DNA from: the human T2T-CHM13v2.0 reference genome, Homo sapiens
Reading direction: 5' to 3' (one strand)
DNA length: 64,000 nt
Assembly (NCBI RefSeq): GCF_009914755.1
Contig: NC_060927.1
Under the pieces are notes generated by a model, which was not told the origin of the DNA, searched no databases, and was given only the letters and a program-made list of their open reading frames with translations. Made by a program: the position numbers and the translations under genes. Position 1 is the first letter of the stretch; the number at the start of each line of letters is the position of its first letter. Positions 1 through 15,800 of this stretch are shown here, in pieces.

Positions 1-945
1 CAAAAACTTTCATGCATCAAAGGACACTATCAAGGAAATGAAAAGACAACCCATAGTATGTGAGAAAATATGTATCTGATAAAAGCAAAATGTGTATCTG
101 ATAAAAGCTTAATATCTCAAAACTCAACAACAGAATTTCTAACATCCCAATTAAAAAATAGGCAAAGGACCTGAATAGACGTTTCTCCAAAGAAGATAAA
201 CAAATGTCTAATAAGAACAAGAAAAGATGCTCAACACCATTATTCATTGATAAAATGGAAAACCAAACCAAAATGAGATGCCACTTTGCTTCCACTAGTA
301 TGGCTTTCATAACAACGACACAGAAAATAAATGTTGCTAAGGAGGTGGAGAAATTGGAGCCCTCATGAACTGGCTGCTAGGAATAGAAAATGATGCACTT
401 GCTGTGAAAAACAATTTGGTACTTCCTCACAGAATCACACAGAGAACCAGAAATTCCACTCCTAGGTATGATACACAAAAAAGTTGACAGCAGGGTCTTG
501 AACAGATATTTTTACACCAAAGTTAATTGCAGCATTATTCGCCATAGCCAGAGACAACCCTTGTCCATCAACGAATGGATACACAAAATATAATACATAA
601 ATAATAGAATATTATTCAGCCATTAAAGGGGATGAAGTTCTGATACATGCAACATGGGTGAAACTTGGAAACATGATGCTGAGTGAAGTAAACCAGACAT
701 GAAATGACAAATGTTGTATGATTCTGCTGATATGAAATATCTAGAACAGGCAAATCTGTGAAGACAGAATGAAGATTAGTGTTTACCAGAGACTGGGGAG
801 AGGAAGTAATGGTGAGTTACTGTTTAAGGGTACTTTATTTCTTTTTGTGATGGAAATGGAGATGCTGGTTGTACAACACTGGGAATGTACTTAATGCTAT
901 GAATTATGTACTTAAAATTGTTAAAATTTTAACACAATTAAAAAA
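1..945 (+). mobile_element. Old L1 (L1MB-like), ORF2 3' end plus 3' UTR
   Basis: Degenerate L1 motifs: 'aatagacgtttctccaaagaagat', 'attccactcctaggtat', 'aatattattcagccattaaa', and a 3' end 'gaatgtacttaatgctatgaatt'. Confidence 0.85.
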
Positions 946-949
946 TTTA

Positions 950-1400
950 AATACAGATCTGATAATTATTTCTATATCCATTGTTATTTAAAAGTTATTT
1001 GCTCAGTTGCCAAATATTAAGGTTTTTCTGAACATATTTTTGTTATTGATTTTTAATTTAGTCCTGTTTTGCTCAGAGCACAAACTGTCTATGATTTAAT
1101 TTCTTTTATATTTAGTGAGAATTATTTGATGGTCCAGTACTTGATCTATCTTGATTAATGTTCCACAGACATTTGAAAAGTAGATCTGATTATCATCACC
1201 TTTACTCTGTTGATGTCTGTTTCACATTTTGAAGTTTCATTAGGTTCATCCATTTAAGATTGTTAATTTTATGAACTGGCCTTTTTTGATTATGACCTGA
1301 CACCTTTATCTTTGGCAGTACTCCTGTTTTGAAGACCACTTTATCTAATATTAATATGGGCACACCATGTAGGGTTAGTATTTGCATGGCACATTTACAT
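950..1400 (-). mobile_element. Ancient L1 (L1ME-like) fragment
   Basis: T-rich antisense L1-like sequence 'ttgatttttaatttagtcctgtt...gatggtccagtacttgatctatcttgattaatgttccac'. Confidence 0.5.
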
Positions 1401-1827
1401 CCATACCTTTGCCTAAATGATGTAATAATTACTTTCCAAAACCACCTCCAAAGATGTTCTAAAACTATTATAATTAGGGATAGTTGCACCAGATCTTTCA
1501 AGAACTTTTAAATACCAGGGCTTAGATGACACTGATACCAGGGTACACAAAAATGCCATTAAGATACCTATTATAATTGGAATTTTCAGGGATCAGCTGA
1601 TAAATGGCTTTCTGGTCCACCTTTCTCTCACATTAGTCTAATGGGTTTGTTAAACTACCCTGTGTTCATTGCCCTGGTCATCGAGGACATAATTGAAATG
1701 GATGTACACAGCAACTTACAGAAATTGCATTGGTTTGTTGAAATGTAGAATAAGATCAATTATGGTAGGGAAGACCAAGCAAAAGTTCCGGTATTAGGCA
1801 GCGCTTTTCATAGAAACAGAATCAATA

Positions 1828-1871
<44 letters not shown>

Positions 1872-3300
1872 AGAGAGACAGAAGGATAGAGACAGAGAGA
1901 GAGAGAGAGACAAAAAGAGATAAATAAAGAAAATTTATTGTGGAAATTGGCTCACACAATTATGGAAGACAAAAAGTCCCATGCTATGCCATCTGCAAGC
2001 TGGAGAACCAGGAAAGCCAGTGATGTAATTCAATGAGTCTGAAGACTAAGAACCAGAAGAGTCAATGGTGTAAGTCCTGGCATCCAAACGCTCAAAAACT
2101 GGAGCTCCTCAGGGGAAGAGAAGATGGATATTGCTGTTATAGAAGAGGAAGCAAATGTGCCTTTCCTCTGCCGTTTTGTTGTATTCTGGCCTTCAAAGCT
2201 TGCGTGATGCTTGCCCACACTGCTAAGGGCAGGTCATCTTTACTCAGTTTACTGATTCAAATGCCAAGTTCCTCCAAAATCAGTCTCACAGTATTCTGGG
2301 TACCCCATAAGCCAGTAAAAAAATAAAAGTAATAAAACATAAAATGGAATAGGAAATGGTAAAATAAAACATAAATGGTTAACATAAAATTCACCATCAC
2401 ATTGTCTCATGAAAACAGAAAATCAGCAACGAATAAGATGGCAGTAATAATAGCATTCTCAAAGATAAAAGGAGTGCAGGTGTTGAAGTCCCTAGCACAT
2501 CCCCATTTAATGTACTGGAATGACCCATGCAAAATTTTGAATCTGGAGGATGATGGGGGAATCATGTAAATGTCAGCAACTGATAATTCCAAATGCATCT
2601 GCTGTGTATTGATATTATGTAGTATCTGTATTTTAACAGCTCAACCCAGCTTCTACTCTTGGTTTTGCATCTATGATCTGACAAATATCACTTTCTATCC
2701 CCTTCATGAAAACAGATAAAAGGTATTTTCATTCACCAGGGTAGACCACAGAACATATTTGCTGTCTTGCCCAGGGCTATGATTGTGTTTTGTTATAATA
2801 TGACCTGAAGTAACCTTAATAGTCTTAAAATTACAAAGACCAAAATATTGATCACTATATTGATGATATCAGATTTATCAGCCCTAGTGAGCAAGAAATG
2901 TCATTTTCTGATACTCTTGTACAGGAATGTGAACAATAAGCCATAATCTGAAACATAAAACCTACAGTCTTGAGACTGGCCTTTCACTGGTAAATATTTT
3001 AGGTTTGCGGTTGCCCTCAGTAATTCAGGATACCTTCCATGTAGAGGACAAGATGGTAAATTATTGCATTTTGTACCAGCTGACATATAAAAGCATCGCA
3101 GTGTTGGTTATGGTTCTCTGGATTTTGGGCACTATGTAAACACCCCACTTGGGAATACTGCATCAACCCATGTCTCCAATTTGTAATGGCTTTCAGCACA
3201 AGCAAGTCTTTTGTTCTCGTGAATTGGCAGAATTAAGAGAGCTCTTCATGACTGAGGTTAAACAGAAGCTCTGGCAAGCCCCCATGAGAAAGTTTTAAGT
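1400..3300 (+). mobile_element. Degenerate ERVL internal (pro/pol-like) sequence interrupted by an MLT2 LTR
   Basis: ERVL-like motifs on both sides of the LTR: 'tattttcattcaccagggtagaccacagaacatatttgctgtcttgcccagggctat', 'gatcactatattgatgatatc', 'ctctggattttggg'. Confidence 0.55.
1790..2401 (-). mobile_element. MLT2 (ERVL) LTR containing (CA)n/(GA)n microsatellite at about 1830-1910
   Basis: 'gtattagg...agaaacagaatcaatagga...ttggctcacacaattatggaag...ccatctgcaagctggagaaccaggaaagcc...aaattcaccatcaca' is the reverse of the MLT2 consensus. Confidence 0.8.
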
Positions 3301-3884
3301 TATGTTTATATATGTATATGTAATAAAAAGTAATAGAACGCAAAAGGGAAAAGTGTCTCAAAGTTTCTTACTCTGTGTAAAAATAAGTACTATTAATAGC
3401 TTTCATGCAGCGTTTAATTATAATAAATATTATAAAAATTGTAAATAATACATATGCATATTCTTCCTTTCCCATAAGGTACTTTTATCTTACATATAAA
3501 ATACATCTATTTTCATTTTCCTATTTGTGACTACAGGACAATTTAAAAATTACGATCTGTATTTATTTTACTTCAGTGATCTTCGCTGAAAAAGTTTCAA
3601 CTGATTTTATAACGAATTAGATATAATCTGATTAGATATATTAGATATAACCTGAAATAATCATATAATTTAAGAAGTGGAAGAGAACTTGGGTATTACT
3701 GTTTTATGGCATAAAAAAGGGCTGAAGTCAAATAATAATAACGAACGTTTCTTGATCATTTACTATTTGTTAGGAACTTTGTTACAATTAATTTTCACAA
3801 CAACCCCATGACCCACGTAATAGTTTAATCTTGTTTATTTTTTGCAATAAATCTATGGTATAGGTACTATTAATATTAGCAACT

Positions 3885-4340
<456 letters not shown>

Positions 4341-5472
4341 ATTATCATAGAAGAAGAAACTGGATCTTTGAAAATTTATGTTTGCCTAAGACTCTTAAGT
4401 AAACAATGACAACCCAATAGTTTGTGGGGAAAACTTTGAAGCTACATAATAATAATGATAATAATAATAATAATAATCTAGATACTAATTTTCAAGTGAC
4501 TCATAAAAAAACCCTTAAATATCTAAAGTAAGGTTTATTCTATTTTTCTGACCCCCTTTCTTTGCTCTATGATATTTTGGTTCAGTTATATATTCTTTTT
4601 ATTTAAACTTAAATAATGAATTTTCTTAATCTTTTCCAAATTAGATTCCATGAAAGCCTTCTCATATTGGAATTAGCAAATATTTGAAGACTCTTCTTAC
4701 ATGTTTGATTTGAGCACTGCTTAAGCATAGTGTATATTTTCATGTTATCATACTTCACTCTTTCTTATTTGAAAGTACATTATTTTTTAAATAACCTAAA
4801 TTAGGCATATTTTTATATTTAGTACCTATGTGCTATGTCATTGATTTTTATTTTGATCTATCTTCTCTACTAATATTGCTGTCTTGATTTTAATATCCCA
4901 ACATATATTACATTTCATATCATAAATACTTTGTGTTCTAGGATTATTGCTCCTCCTATAGCAAAGCAATAGTCTATTAAGGATATGAACTATCTGTTAA
5001 ATCTTACATGTATTTCAACTTTGTTGAACATTTGAAGACATTTCTATATTTATTTTTCATTAATGACTCTTCATGATTGAGAGTAAATGTCAGTATCCAG
5101 GTGCTCAATGAGTATCAGTAGTTGGAGACTGATCTAGAGCTCATGGGATTTAGCTCATAAGTTACTTTTGTCCAGAGATTCTAAGACTGAGGGAAGGGTA
5201 CAAATTGCTGTCTGCTGTAATACAGAGTAAAATATTAGGTGTGTAGTAAAATAGTCCTGCCAGACTTGTCCAATCTTACTATAGAATGTTGAGACTTTGT
5301 AAAGAAATGTTTAAATTAACATAACTTCAGATGACATATCTAGTAGTATAATGAGCTTATAATTTAATGGAAGTAAAACATTAACATTAAAAGATTATAA
5401 GGTAGATTGCACTCAGGGTGTTACCAGAGAGAATCATTCTAATGCACTAGATAGAGGTGGATAGGATTGTAG

Positions 5473-5765
5473 TACAGTCATCCCTCAGTATCTGTAGGAA
5501 TCAGTTCCAGAAGCTCCCAGAGTCACTGAAACCCTGTAACATTTACATATAACCTATGCACATACTTCTGTGCACTTTAAATCATCCCTAGACTATTTGT
5601 AATACCTAGTAAAAGGAAAATGTTATGTAAATATTTGTTATCATGTATTGTTTAAGTAAGGGAATAAAGTCTGTACATATTAAGTATGAACACAATTTTT
5701 AAAAAATGTTTTTTATCTGTGGTTGGCTAAATAGATGGATGTGAAACCCACAGATATGAAGGGGA
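5473..5765. mobile_element. MER2-like (TcMar-Tigger) element
   Basis: 'tacagtcatccctcagtatctgtagga...tataacctatgcacatac...aaatcatccctaga...gtggttggctaaat...aacccacagatatgaaggg'. Confidence 0.75.
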
Positions 5766-6589
5766 TTTGAAACTGGTAAAGTTTTATTGTTTATTTTAAA
5801 TTTAAAATATAACTGTTACTTCATATTAGGAGTATATTAATAATAAATGTTTACTGCAGAATAAAATAAAGACAAAAAAGTAGTTATTTATATAGCTATA
5901 TCAATATTTTTCCAAACATACTTGTATTATTTTGTTTGCAAAAAATGGAGAGCATACAGAATAATTGGATTTAATTCTTATTAATTCATTTATAATTTTA
6001 TGAGAAAGATACTTTTGTTCACTCAACATTTTTCAAAATACATTTTAATGGTTACATAACATTTGATGCAATTCTACCATATTAATGTACTATATATTTA
6101 GCCATTTCTTCATTATTAGGCATTTACATTATTTTAATTATATTCTTCTAAAATTTTATAAATATCTTCACTCAGAAGTATTTGTTTTTTTAAAATTTAT
6201 GTAGATTGGCATTACTGGGCAAATGTCTTGAAACTTTCTTATTTATTAAGTATTTTTCCACCATGAGATTTTAACAGGTATTTGTCTTTGAGTTATTTGA
6301 TTTTTATTTGATTACAGTTAACTGTTGTGTCCATCTGGAAATTATTTTTATATTAAATGTAAGTTCAAATTATAATGATATATTTCAAATATATAATTGA
6401 ATTTTTAAAAGTAATATTTAATAATTCTTCATTCACTGATCCAAATGACACTTAAAAAATAAGTTTAACAAAAGCTTACTCTATTATCATGATTTTTAAT
6501 TAATACAGTTTTTTAAATCAGATTTTCATTTCCTATAAGGGCACTCATTATTTTTTGTTACCTCTGTTCCCCTCTTATTTTTCATTCTT

Positions 6590-7521
6590 TTCTTTTTAAA
6601 TTTCAACTTTTATTTTATATTCCAGGGGTAGATGTGCAGGTTTGTTACAAAGATATATGATGTGATGCTCAGGTTTGGAGTATGACTGAACCCACCACCC
6701 AGAAATAAGTAGTTTCTCAGTCTCTCCTCTGGTATCCCCAGCGTCAGTTGTCCCCATCTTTATAACCATGTGTACCCAACGTTTAGTTCCCACTTATCAG
6801 TGAGAACACATGGTATTTGGTTTTCTGTTTCTGCTTTAGTTCACTTAAGGTAATGGCCTCTGGCTGTATCCATGTTGCTACAAATAACAGTTTCGTTCTT
6901 CTTTATGGCTGTGTAGTATTACATGTTGCATATGTACCACATTTTCTTTATCCAATCCACTGCTGATGGGCACTTGGTTTGGTTGCATGTCTTTGCTATT
7001 GTGACTAGTGTTGCAATGAATGTATGGGTGTGTGTAGTGTATGTATCTTTTCGGTGGAACAATGTATTTTCCTTTGGGTGTATATCCAGTAATGGGGTTG
7101 CTGGGTAACTTGGTAGTTCAGCTCTGAGTTCTTTAAGAAATCTGCAAACTGCTTTCTACAGTGACTGAACTAATTCACATTCCCACCAACAGTGTACAAG
7201 AACTCCCTTTTCTCCGCAGCCCCACCAGCAGCTGTTATTTTTTGACTATTTAACCAAAAGCCATTCTGACTGGTATGAGACTGTATCTCACTATGGTTTT
7301 GATTTGCGTTTCTCTGATGATTAGTGATGATTAGCATCTTTTCATATGTTTGATGGTTGTTTGTCTTCTTTTCAATAGTGTCTGTTCATGTTCTTTGACC
7401 ATTTTTTAATGGGGTTATTGGTTTTTTGCTTGTTTGCTTAAGTTTCTTGTAAATTGTGGATATTAGTCCTTTGTTGGATGAATAGTTTGTGAATATTTCT
7501 CCCATTCTGTAGGTTGTCTGT
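6590..7521 (-). mobile_element. L1PA/L1PB 3' end
   Basis: 'atgtgcaggtttgttaca', 'cccacttatcagtgagaacacatggtatttggttttctg', 'cattcccaccaacagtgtac', 'cccattctgtaggttgtctgt'. Confidence 0.85.
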
Positions 7522-8482
7522 TGTATTAGTCCATTCTCACACTGTTAATAAGTACGTACCAAGACTGGGTAATTTATAAAGGAAACAGTTTTAATTGACT
7601 CATGGTTCCACATGGCTGGGGAGACCTCACCATCATGTCACGAGGCAAAGGAGAAGCAAAGTCATGTCTTACATAGAAGCAGGCAAGAGAGCTTGTGCAG
7701 GGGAACTGCCCATTATAAAACCATCAGCTCTCCTGAGACTTACTCACTGTCATGAGAACAGCATGGGAAAAACCCACCCCCATGATTCAGTTACCTCCCA
7801 CCAGGTCCCTCCCATGATACATGGGCATTATGGGAGCTACAATTCAAGATGAGATTTGGGTGGGGACACAGACAACGACATCATTTTGCCCTGGCCCCTC
7901 CCAAATCTCATGTCCTCACATTTTGAAACACAGTCATGCCCTTCCAACAGTCCCCTAAAGTCTTAACTCGTTTCAGCATTGACTTGAAAGTCCACAGTCC
8001 AAAGTCTAATCTGAGACAAGGCAAATTTCTTCTGCCTATGAGCTTGTAAAATTAAAAGCAAGTTATTTACTTCCCAGATACAATGGGGGTATAGGCATTA
8101 GATAAATACACCCATTCCAAATGGGAGAAATTGGCCAAAGCAAAGAGGTCACAGGCCTCATGCAAGTCTGAAATCCAGCAGGGCAGTCAGTTCTTGAAGC
8201 TCCAAAGTGATCTTCTTTGACCCCATGTCTCACATCCAGGTCACTCTGATGTAAGAGGTGGGCTCCCAGGACCTTGGGCAACTCTGTCCCTGTGGCTTTG
8301 CAGGATACAGACCCCCCCCTGGGTTGAGTTTCTGCAGCTTTTCCAGGAACACAGTGCAAGCTGTCAGTAGATCTACCATTCCAGGGTCTGGAGGAGGGTG
8401 GCTTTCTTCCCACAGCTCCACTAGGCAGTACCACAGTGGGGACTGTGTGGGGGCCCCGACCCCACATTTCCCTTCTGTGTGC
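7522..8482 (-). mobile_element. THE1 (MaLR) LTR (7522-7883) plus truncated THE1-int
   Basis: 'tgtattagtccatt...gactgggtaatttataaagg...gagatttgggtggggacacag' followed by internal 'cctggcccctcccaaatctcatgtcctcacat'. Confidence 0.88.
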
Positions 8483-10055
8483 ACATAAGCAACTTCTTAC
8501 CAGTTCTGCATGAGTTGTTTTAGGTAATATAAATACAAGACCAACAATCTCTTATCTCCAAATTCATATTTCATTTTCCTCCAAGATATCAGGACCTTAG
8601 ATACAAGATGGTGATTACACCACGTAAATACAATAAATCCAGAATGTGTGCATGTGTACAATCTGTTTAGCTGTAATCTGTTCTCAACATGCAAACTGGT
8701 TATGTTTGAAAATGAAGTTTTGAGCTAAAAATATATTTCCTTAAAAAATAGTGATTAGATTTCCAAGTGAGTTCATAAGACTCCATTTATCATATAAAGT
8801 ATATAAAAGGAAAACGATTAAAGGAATGGTAAGGATGAGAATGTGGATCCTGGGAAATTAAGGAGCAGTGGTTAGAAGAGGTTTTTTCTCTCAGCCCTTC
8901 TGTTTGCATTCTCTTCATTTTTGCCGCTCAGGTTATCAAGGACTGCAATTACAGAAGATGAATAAAGACGTTTAAGAATAAATTGAGAAATACAAGTCAA
9001 GACCTTTACATGTTCATTATATTTCATAATTCTAAGTTGGCAACAGACAGATGTATATCCAAAAATAATGATGTGCTTTTTAAAATTTTTCTTTTCTTCC
9101 TCATTTCTTTCATATCACATCAGATCAAAATTCTAGTTCACTGGGATTATAGCAAGGTAAGAAGTAACCACCAGGCTAATGTGTGTGTGATAGTGTAGAG
9201 TGAGAAACTGCATCTTGCCAGGGAGAGGATTTACAGTAATTTGGAGAAAAGTGAGCAAAAAACAGAGAGTTTGAAAAGCAGAGAGGAGGAACTGGAATGG
9301 GCTCTTTCTCTGTAGTGCATAAAAGCAAGTGTTTACAAAGTCTTACAACTTAGAACTTTAAAAGTAGCTGTAAGTCTATCTTGTACAATATTTTACTAAA
9401 TTCAAGAATTTCTTCCGAAATTTTCTTAAAAGTTAGTCTTAAAAGTGTCATAAGACACTTTCTCAGTAGGAGTTATTCTCTCAGTAGCAACAAGGGAGGG
9501 AGGGAAGTAAGTGGTTGAGCACATGGGCTCTGGAGGAGATTGTTTTGTTCGAACTCCTGATCCCATTGCCAACAGGACCCTAGTCAAGGCTTTGAATTTC
9601 TTTGTATTTCAATCTCCTCATTCCCAATCCCCACCCAAAATGGACAAAATAATAAAGTATGTTAAGTAGCAAACCTATAAATTTATGTAAAGTGATTAGA
9701 AAATACTGAACAGATCAAAATCATTGAAGAAAAAATTAAAATTTATTATCTTCCATTAAAAATAATAACAGAAGAATATGGTAACTTTGACATATTTATT
9801 TCATACTGCCCCAAAACCTTCACTTAGCTAATAGAAAATGAATAATATAACAATAACAACAATAGCCATAATAGCAACAATTAAAAAATACAAACCCATA
9901 CAGACAAAGAAAACAGGAGAAAAATTAGTAGGTAAGAGACGGCTACATTTTGGAAATAACATTTGTGAATGAAAAATTAAAAAAGATGATTGCCTACAAC
10001 GCAGATATCTCAAAAATTATATTTATCCTAGCAAAAATCTCTATAAAGAAGTGCT

Positions 10056-10296
<241 letters not shown>

Positions 10297-11437
10297 TTAA
10301 GAAACTGGAATCCTGTATACACATCCTCAATCTAATATTGCCAGGCTTCTACCTCTCTGAAATCAGACAGCTGGTGGTTGTTATCCTGGAAAACATCTTA
10401 TGTCCTATAAGAAGAGTTCTCTGAGACAGCAACCACAGCTGAGTAACATACAGAAATCAGGGAAGTTAAGGGTAGAAATTCTACATACTAATGGGAGACA
10501 CTTTATTAATCACCTGTTACTGCTAGGTTCCTACAAGGAACAGTGACAGTGGTACCCTCAGAAGGAGATCAGAAGATTGCACTGTAGTTGCCTGAACCAC
10601 TCAAGAGAAAAGGCTTGGAGATACTGATATTTGCATGCCATCCCTCAAAGTCATGATCTATGTATAGTCAATACTTAAAATTCACTCAGGAATTAAAATG
10701 AATAAAACAGAAATAAATGAAACAAGATGGATAAAATTTCATAAGCATTATGTTGAGATAAACAATGTTTCAGGATATATTCAATTTACAAACATTTTTC
10801 TCATACAAAACAATAATATATATTTGAGGAATATGCATATGTGTATGAATGTATGAAAACATGAATGGGAATGTATCAAACCATCTTAAGAGGCTATCGT
10901 TAAAAGGTGATCTCTAAGAGGAAAGAATGGAATGTGTAAGTCCTATCTGTATCTCTATCATTTTGTTATAAAAGAAAACTGAAGCAAATCTGGAAAAATC
11001 ATTTTTTGTATTTTAGGTTTTTTTAATATATAAAAAAAAATTTTAAAAATAAAGATATTTCTTCTGCTTAAGGATAGAGTAAATAACAGCATCTGGCTAT
11101 TTCAGGACACTAAATTGCTGAAAGAGAAATGGGTGCTAGGTAAAGATAGGACACCAAAAGGCCATTTCCTGAAGCATTCTCAATGATGGTTGAGCAAGAT
11201 GACAGTGTCCTCTTTCAGGACACCTGACATCCAAGAAGGCACCTTTTATATTACTTAAAAGTATCAGGATCAGGATGTCAAGAACATGGGAAGATACTGA
11301 GAGCACTAAAGCATCAACGCAGAGTTTTGCACAAGTAGATGAAAAGACCAAAAGACACTGATAATAAAACAGTGAAGAAGAATTTAAGTAAAAGGAAGAA
11401 AATGCTAATTCTGATTTGATGGCTAACTTAATACAAC

Positions 11438-11811
11438 TGTTAAGTTTAACCTAACGCTGCCTCCTTACATATTTTAAATTCGGCTTAATGATTTCTTTGT
11501 ACATAGTGAACTATATCTAACTGAATGTGTAAACAGACTGTAATCTACTGTTGTGCCAATCACCGAGTTTCAGCCAATCAAAGATGGCCAACTGTTACAA
11601 CTGTTAAAGTAAGGCAAAAGCCAAATTGTCTGTTTTGGTACTTCACTTCCGTTTTCTCTATGTCACTTTCCTTTTTCTATCCATGAATCTTCTTTGACCA
11701 AGAGACAGCACTGGATCATCTCTGAACGTATTTTGGTTCAGCGGCTGCCCAATTTGTGAATCGTTCTTTGCTTGATTAAATTCTGTTAAATTTAAGATTT
11801 TTCTTTTAACA
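11438..11811 (+). mobile_element. MER57-type solo LTR (ERV1)
   Basis: TGTTAA...TAACA termini; perfect 4-bp target-site duplication CAAC (11434-11437 and 11812-11815); 'gctgcctccttacatattttaa'; repeated CCAAT boxes. Confidence 0.85.
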
Positions 11812-12206
11812 CAACTCTACATAGGCTAAAGCGTGGGTATTCTTTTCATTCAGTAACAAAGAACCATCAGTCTTGATAAGAAAATGGTTCAGAAAGAGGC
11901 ATATAAAGAAATGGGTACAGTTCAGAAACAACAATAGGATGGTGGGTTTTGTACTGTTCTAAGGAACAATGACATTCTGTAGAGGTTTTGCAGGATCAGT
12001 CAAGTTATATGAGAAGGAAACTGGGGAAGTGTCTTTCAAGTTGCCTCTTCTGTGTTCATCAGAAAAACTCCATTTTTTATTTGTTTTACATATTAGATAT
12101 ATATATATAATGTTTGTAGGAAAAAGGCTATAATACTTAAATACATATTTGAAATAATAGACAAAAGGACACATAAATTATAGGATAGCTTTATAAGTCT
12201 GCCTGA

Positions 12207-12558
<352 letters not shown>

Positions 12559-12859
12559 CAACATTTTTTAATTTTAATGATTTAATTTTAATTTTAATGA
12601 AAGTCTTACAGATACTGCATTTAATTAATCTAGCCAAAACTGATTATTAATTCCACATAAAGTAAAATTCTGCTTTGTTTCTAGATCGTCAATCTTTTTA
12701 AAAAATGAATTTGCAGAAGAGATAATAACTTTAAGTAGTAGCAAATTAAACAATATGGTGAAAATTCAGTGTCTCAATGATGACAGCCATTGAGTTTGAA
12801 AACACACGTATTTGCATGTGTCTCCCCTCCCACTGTCCACATCGTGTAGCAGAATCTAA

Positions 12860-15800
12860 ATTTGCTAGATTCTGACACAAGAAAAACTAGTTAGAATAAC
12901 TCTTATGTATTAAAGAAATACTATCAATAATTAATAACTTCCTAAATATAAAGTACCAGTCCCAGATGGGTCCACTGGTAGAATCTACCAAACATTTATG
13001 AAAAATATTATAACAATTCCTTACAATCTTTTTCAGAAGACAGAATCAGAGGGAATATTTCCTAACTCATTCAATGAGGCTAATATTAAAACAGCACAAT
13101 GATATTACAGTAAAAGAAAACTGCATACCAATGTTTCACATGAGTGTGTATGAAAAATCCCCAACAAGACAAGACTAGTCATTGTAGTTTCACTGATTGG
13201 AACAAATTTAGATTCCCCTGCAGGATGTGGACAGTGGGAGGGGAGACGCGTGCAAATTTAGATTCCGCTGCAGGATGTGGACAGTGGGAGGGGAGACGCG
13301 TGCAAATTTAGATTCCGCTGCAGGATGTGGACAGTGGGAGGGGAGACGCGTGCAAATTTAGATTCCGCTGCAGGATGTGGACAGTGGGAGGGGAGACGCG
13401 TGCAAATTTAGATTCCGCTGCAGGATGTGGACAGTGGGAGGGGAGACGCGTGCAAATTTAGATTCCGCTACAGGATGTGGACAGTGGGAGGGGAGACGCG
13501 TGCAAATTTAGATTTAGCTGCAGGATGTGGACAGTGGGAGGGGAGACGCGTGCAAATTTAGATTCTGCTACGCGATGTGGACCGTGGGAGGGGAGACGCG
13601 TGCAAATTTAGATTCTGCTACAGGATGTGGACAGTGGGAGGGGAGACGCGTGCAAATTTAGATTTAGCTGCAGGATGTGGACAGTGGGAGAGGAGACGCA
13701 TGCAAATTTAGATTCTGCTACAGGATGTGGACAGTGGGAGGGGAGACGCGTGCAAATTTAGATTCTGCTATGCGACGTGGACAGTGGGAGGGGAGATGCA
13801 TGCAAATTTAGATTCTGCTACAGGATGTGGGCAGTGGGAGGGGAGACGCGTGCAAATTTAGATTCTGCTACAGGATGTGGACAGTGGGAGGGGAGACGCG
13901 TGCAAATTTAGATTCTGCTATGCGACGTGGACAGTGGGAGGGGAGATGCATGCAAATTTAGATTCTGCTACAGGATGTGGACAGTGGGAGGGGAGACGCA
14001 TGCAAATTTAGATTCTGCTACAGGATGTGGACAGTGGGAGGGGAGACGCGTGCAAATTTAGATTCTGCTACAGGATGTGGACAGTGGGAGGGGAGACGCG
14101 TGCAAATTTAGATTCTGCTATGCGACGTGGACAGTGGGAGGGGAGATGCATGCAAATTTAGATTCTGCTACAGGATGTGGGCAGTGGGAGAGAAGACGCA
14201 TGCAAATTTAGATTCTGCTACAGGATGTGGACAGTGGGAGGGGAGACGCGTGCAAATTTAGATTCTGCTACGCGATGTGGACAGTGGGAGGGGAGACGCG
14301 TGCAAATTTAGATTCTGCTACGCGATGTGGACAGTGGGAGGGGAGACGCGTGCAAATTTAGATTCTGCTACAGGATGTGGACAGTGGGAGGGGAGACGCG
14401 TGCAAATTTAGATTCTGCTACAGGATGTGGGCAGTGGGAGAGAAGACGCGTGCAAATTTAGATTCTGCTACAGGATGTGGACAGTGGGAGGGGAGACGCA
14501 TGCAAATTTAGATTCTCCTACGCGATGTGGACAGTGGGAGGGGAGACGCATGCAAATTTAGATTCTGCTACAGGATGTGGACAGTGGGAGGGGAGACGCG
14601 TGCAAATTTAGATTCTGCTACGCGATGTGGACAGTGGGAGGGGAGACGCATGCAAATTTAGATTCTGCTATGCGATGTGGACAGTGGGAGGGGAGACGCA
14701 TGCAAATTTAGATTCTGCTACAGGATGTGGACAGTGGGAGGGGAGACGCATGCAAATTTAGATTCTGCTACAGGATGTGGACAGTGGGAGGGGAGACGCA
14801 TGCAAATTTAGATTCTGCTACAGGATGTGGGCAGTGGGAGAGAAGACGCATGCAAATTTAGATTCTGCTACAGGATGTGGACAGTGGGAGGGGAGACGCA
14901 TGCAAATTTAGATTCTGCTACAGGATGTGGGCAGTGGGAGAGAAGACGCATGCAAATTTAGATTGTGCTACAGGATGTGGACAGTGGGAGGGGAGACGCG
15001 TGCAAATTTAGATTCTGCTACGCGATGTGGACAGTGGGAGGGGAGACGCGTGCAAATTTAGATTCTGCTACAGGATGTGGACAGTGGGAGGGGAGACGCA
15101 TGCAAATTTAGATTCTGCTACGCGATGTGGACAGTGGGAGGGGAGTCACGTGCAAATTTAGATTCTGCTACAGGATGTGGACAGTGGGAGGGGAGACGCG
15201 TGCAAATTTAGATTCTGCTACAGGATGTGGGCAGTGGGAGAGAAGACGCATGCAAATTTAGATTCTGCTACAGGATGTGGACAGTGGGAGGGGAGACGCA
15301 TGCAAATTTAGATTCTGCTACAGGATGTGGGCAGTGGGAGAGAAGACGCATGCAAATTTAGATTCTGCTACAGGATGTGGACAGTGGGAGGGGAGACGCG
15401 TGCAAATTTAGATTCTGCTACGCGATGTGGACAGTGGGAGGGGAGACGCATGCAAATTTAGATTCTGCTACAGGATGTGGACAGTGGGAGGGGAGACGCG
15501 TGCAAATTTAGATTCTGCTACAGGATGTGGACAGTGGGAGAGAAGACGCATGCAAATTTAGATTCTGCTATGCGATGTGGACAGTGGGAGGGGAGACGCA
15601 TGCAAATTTAGATTCTGCTACGCGATGTGGACAGTGGGAGGGGAGACGCATGCAAATTTAGATTCTGCTACAGGATGTGGACAGTGGGAGGGGAGACGCA
15701 TGCAAATTTAGATTCTGCTACAGGATGTGGGCAGTGGGAGAGAAGACGCATGCAAATTTAGATTGTGCTACAGGATGTGGACAGTGGGAGGGGAGACGCG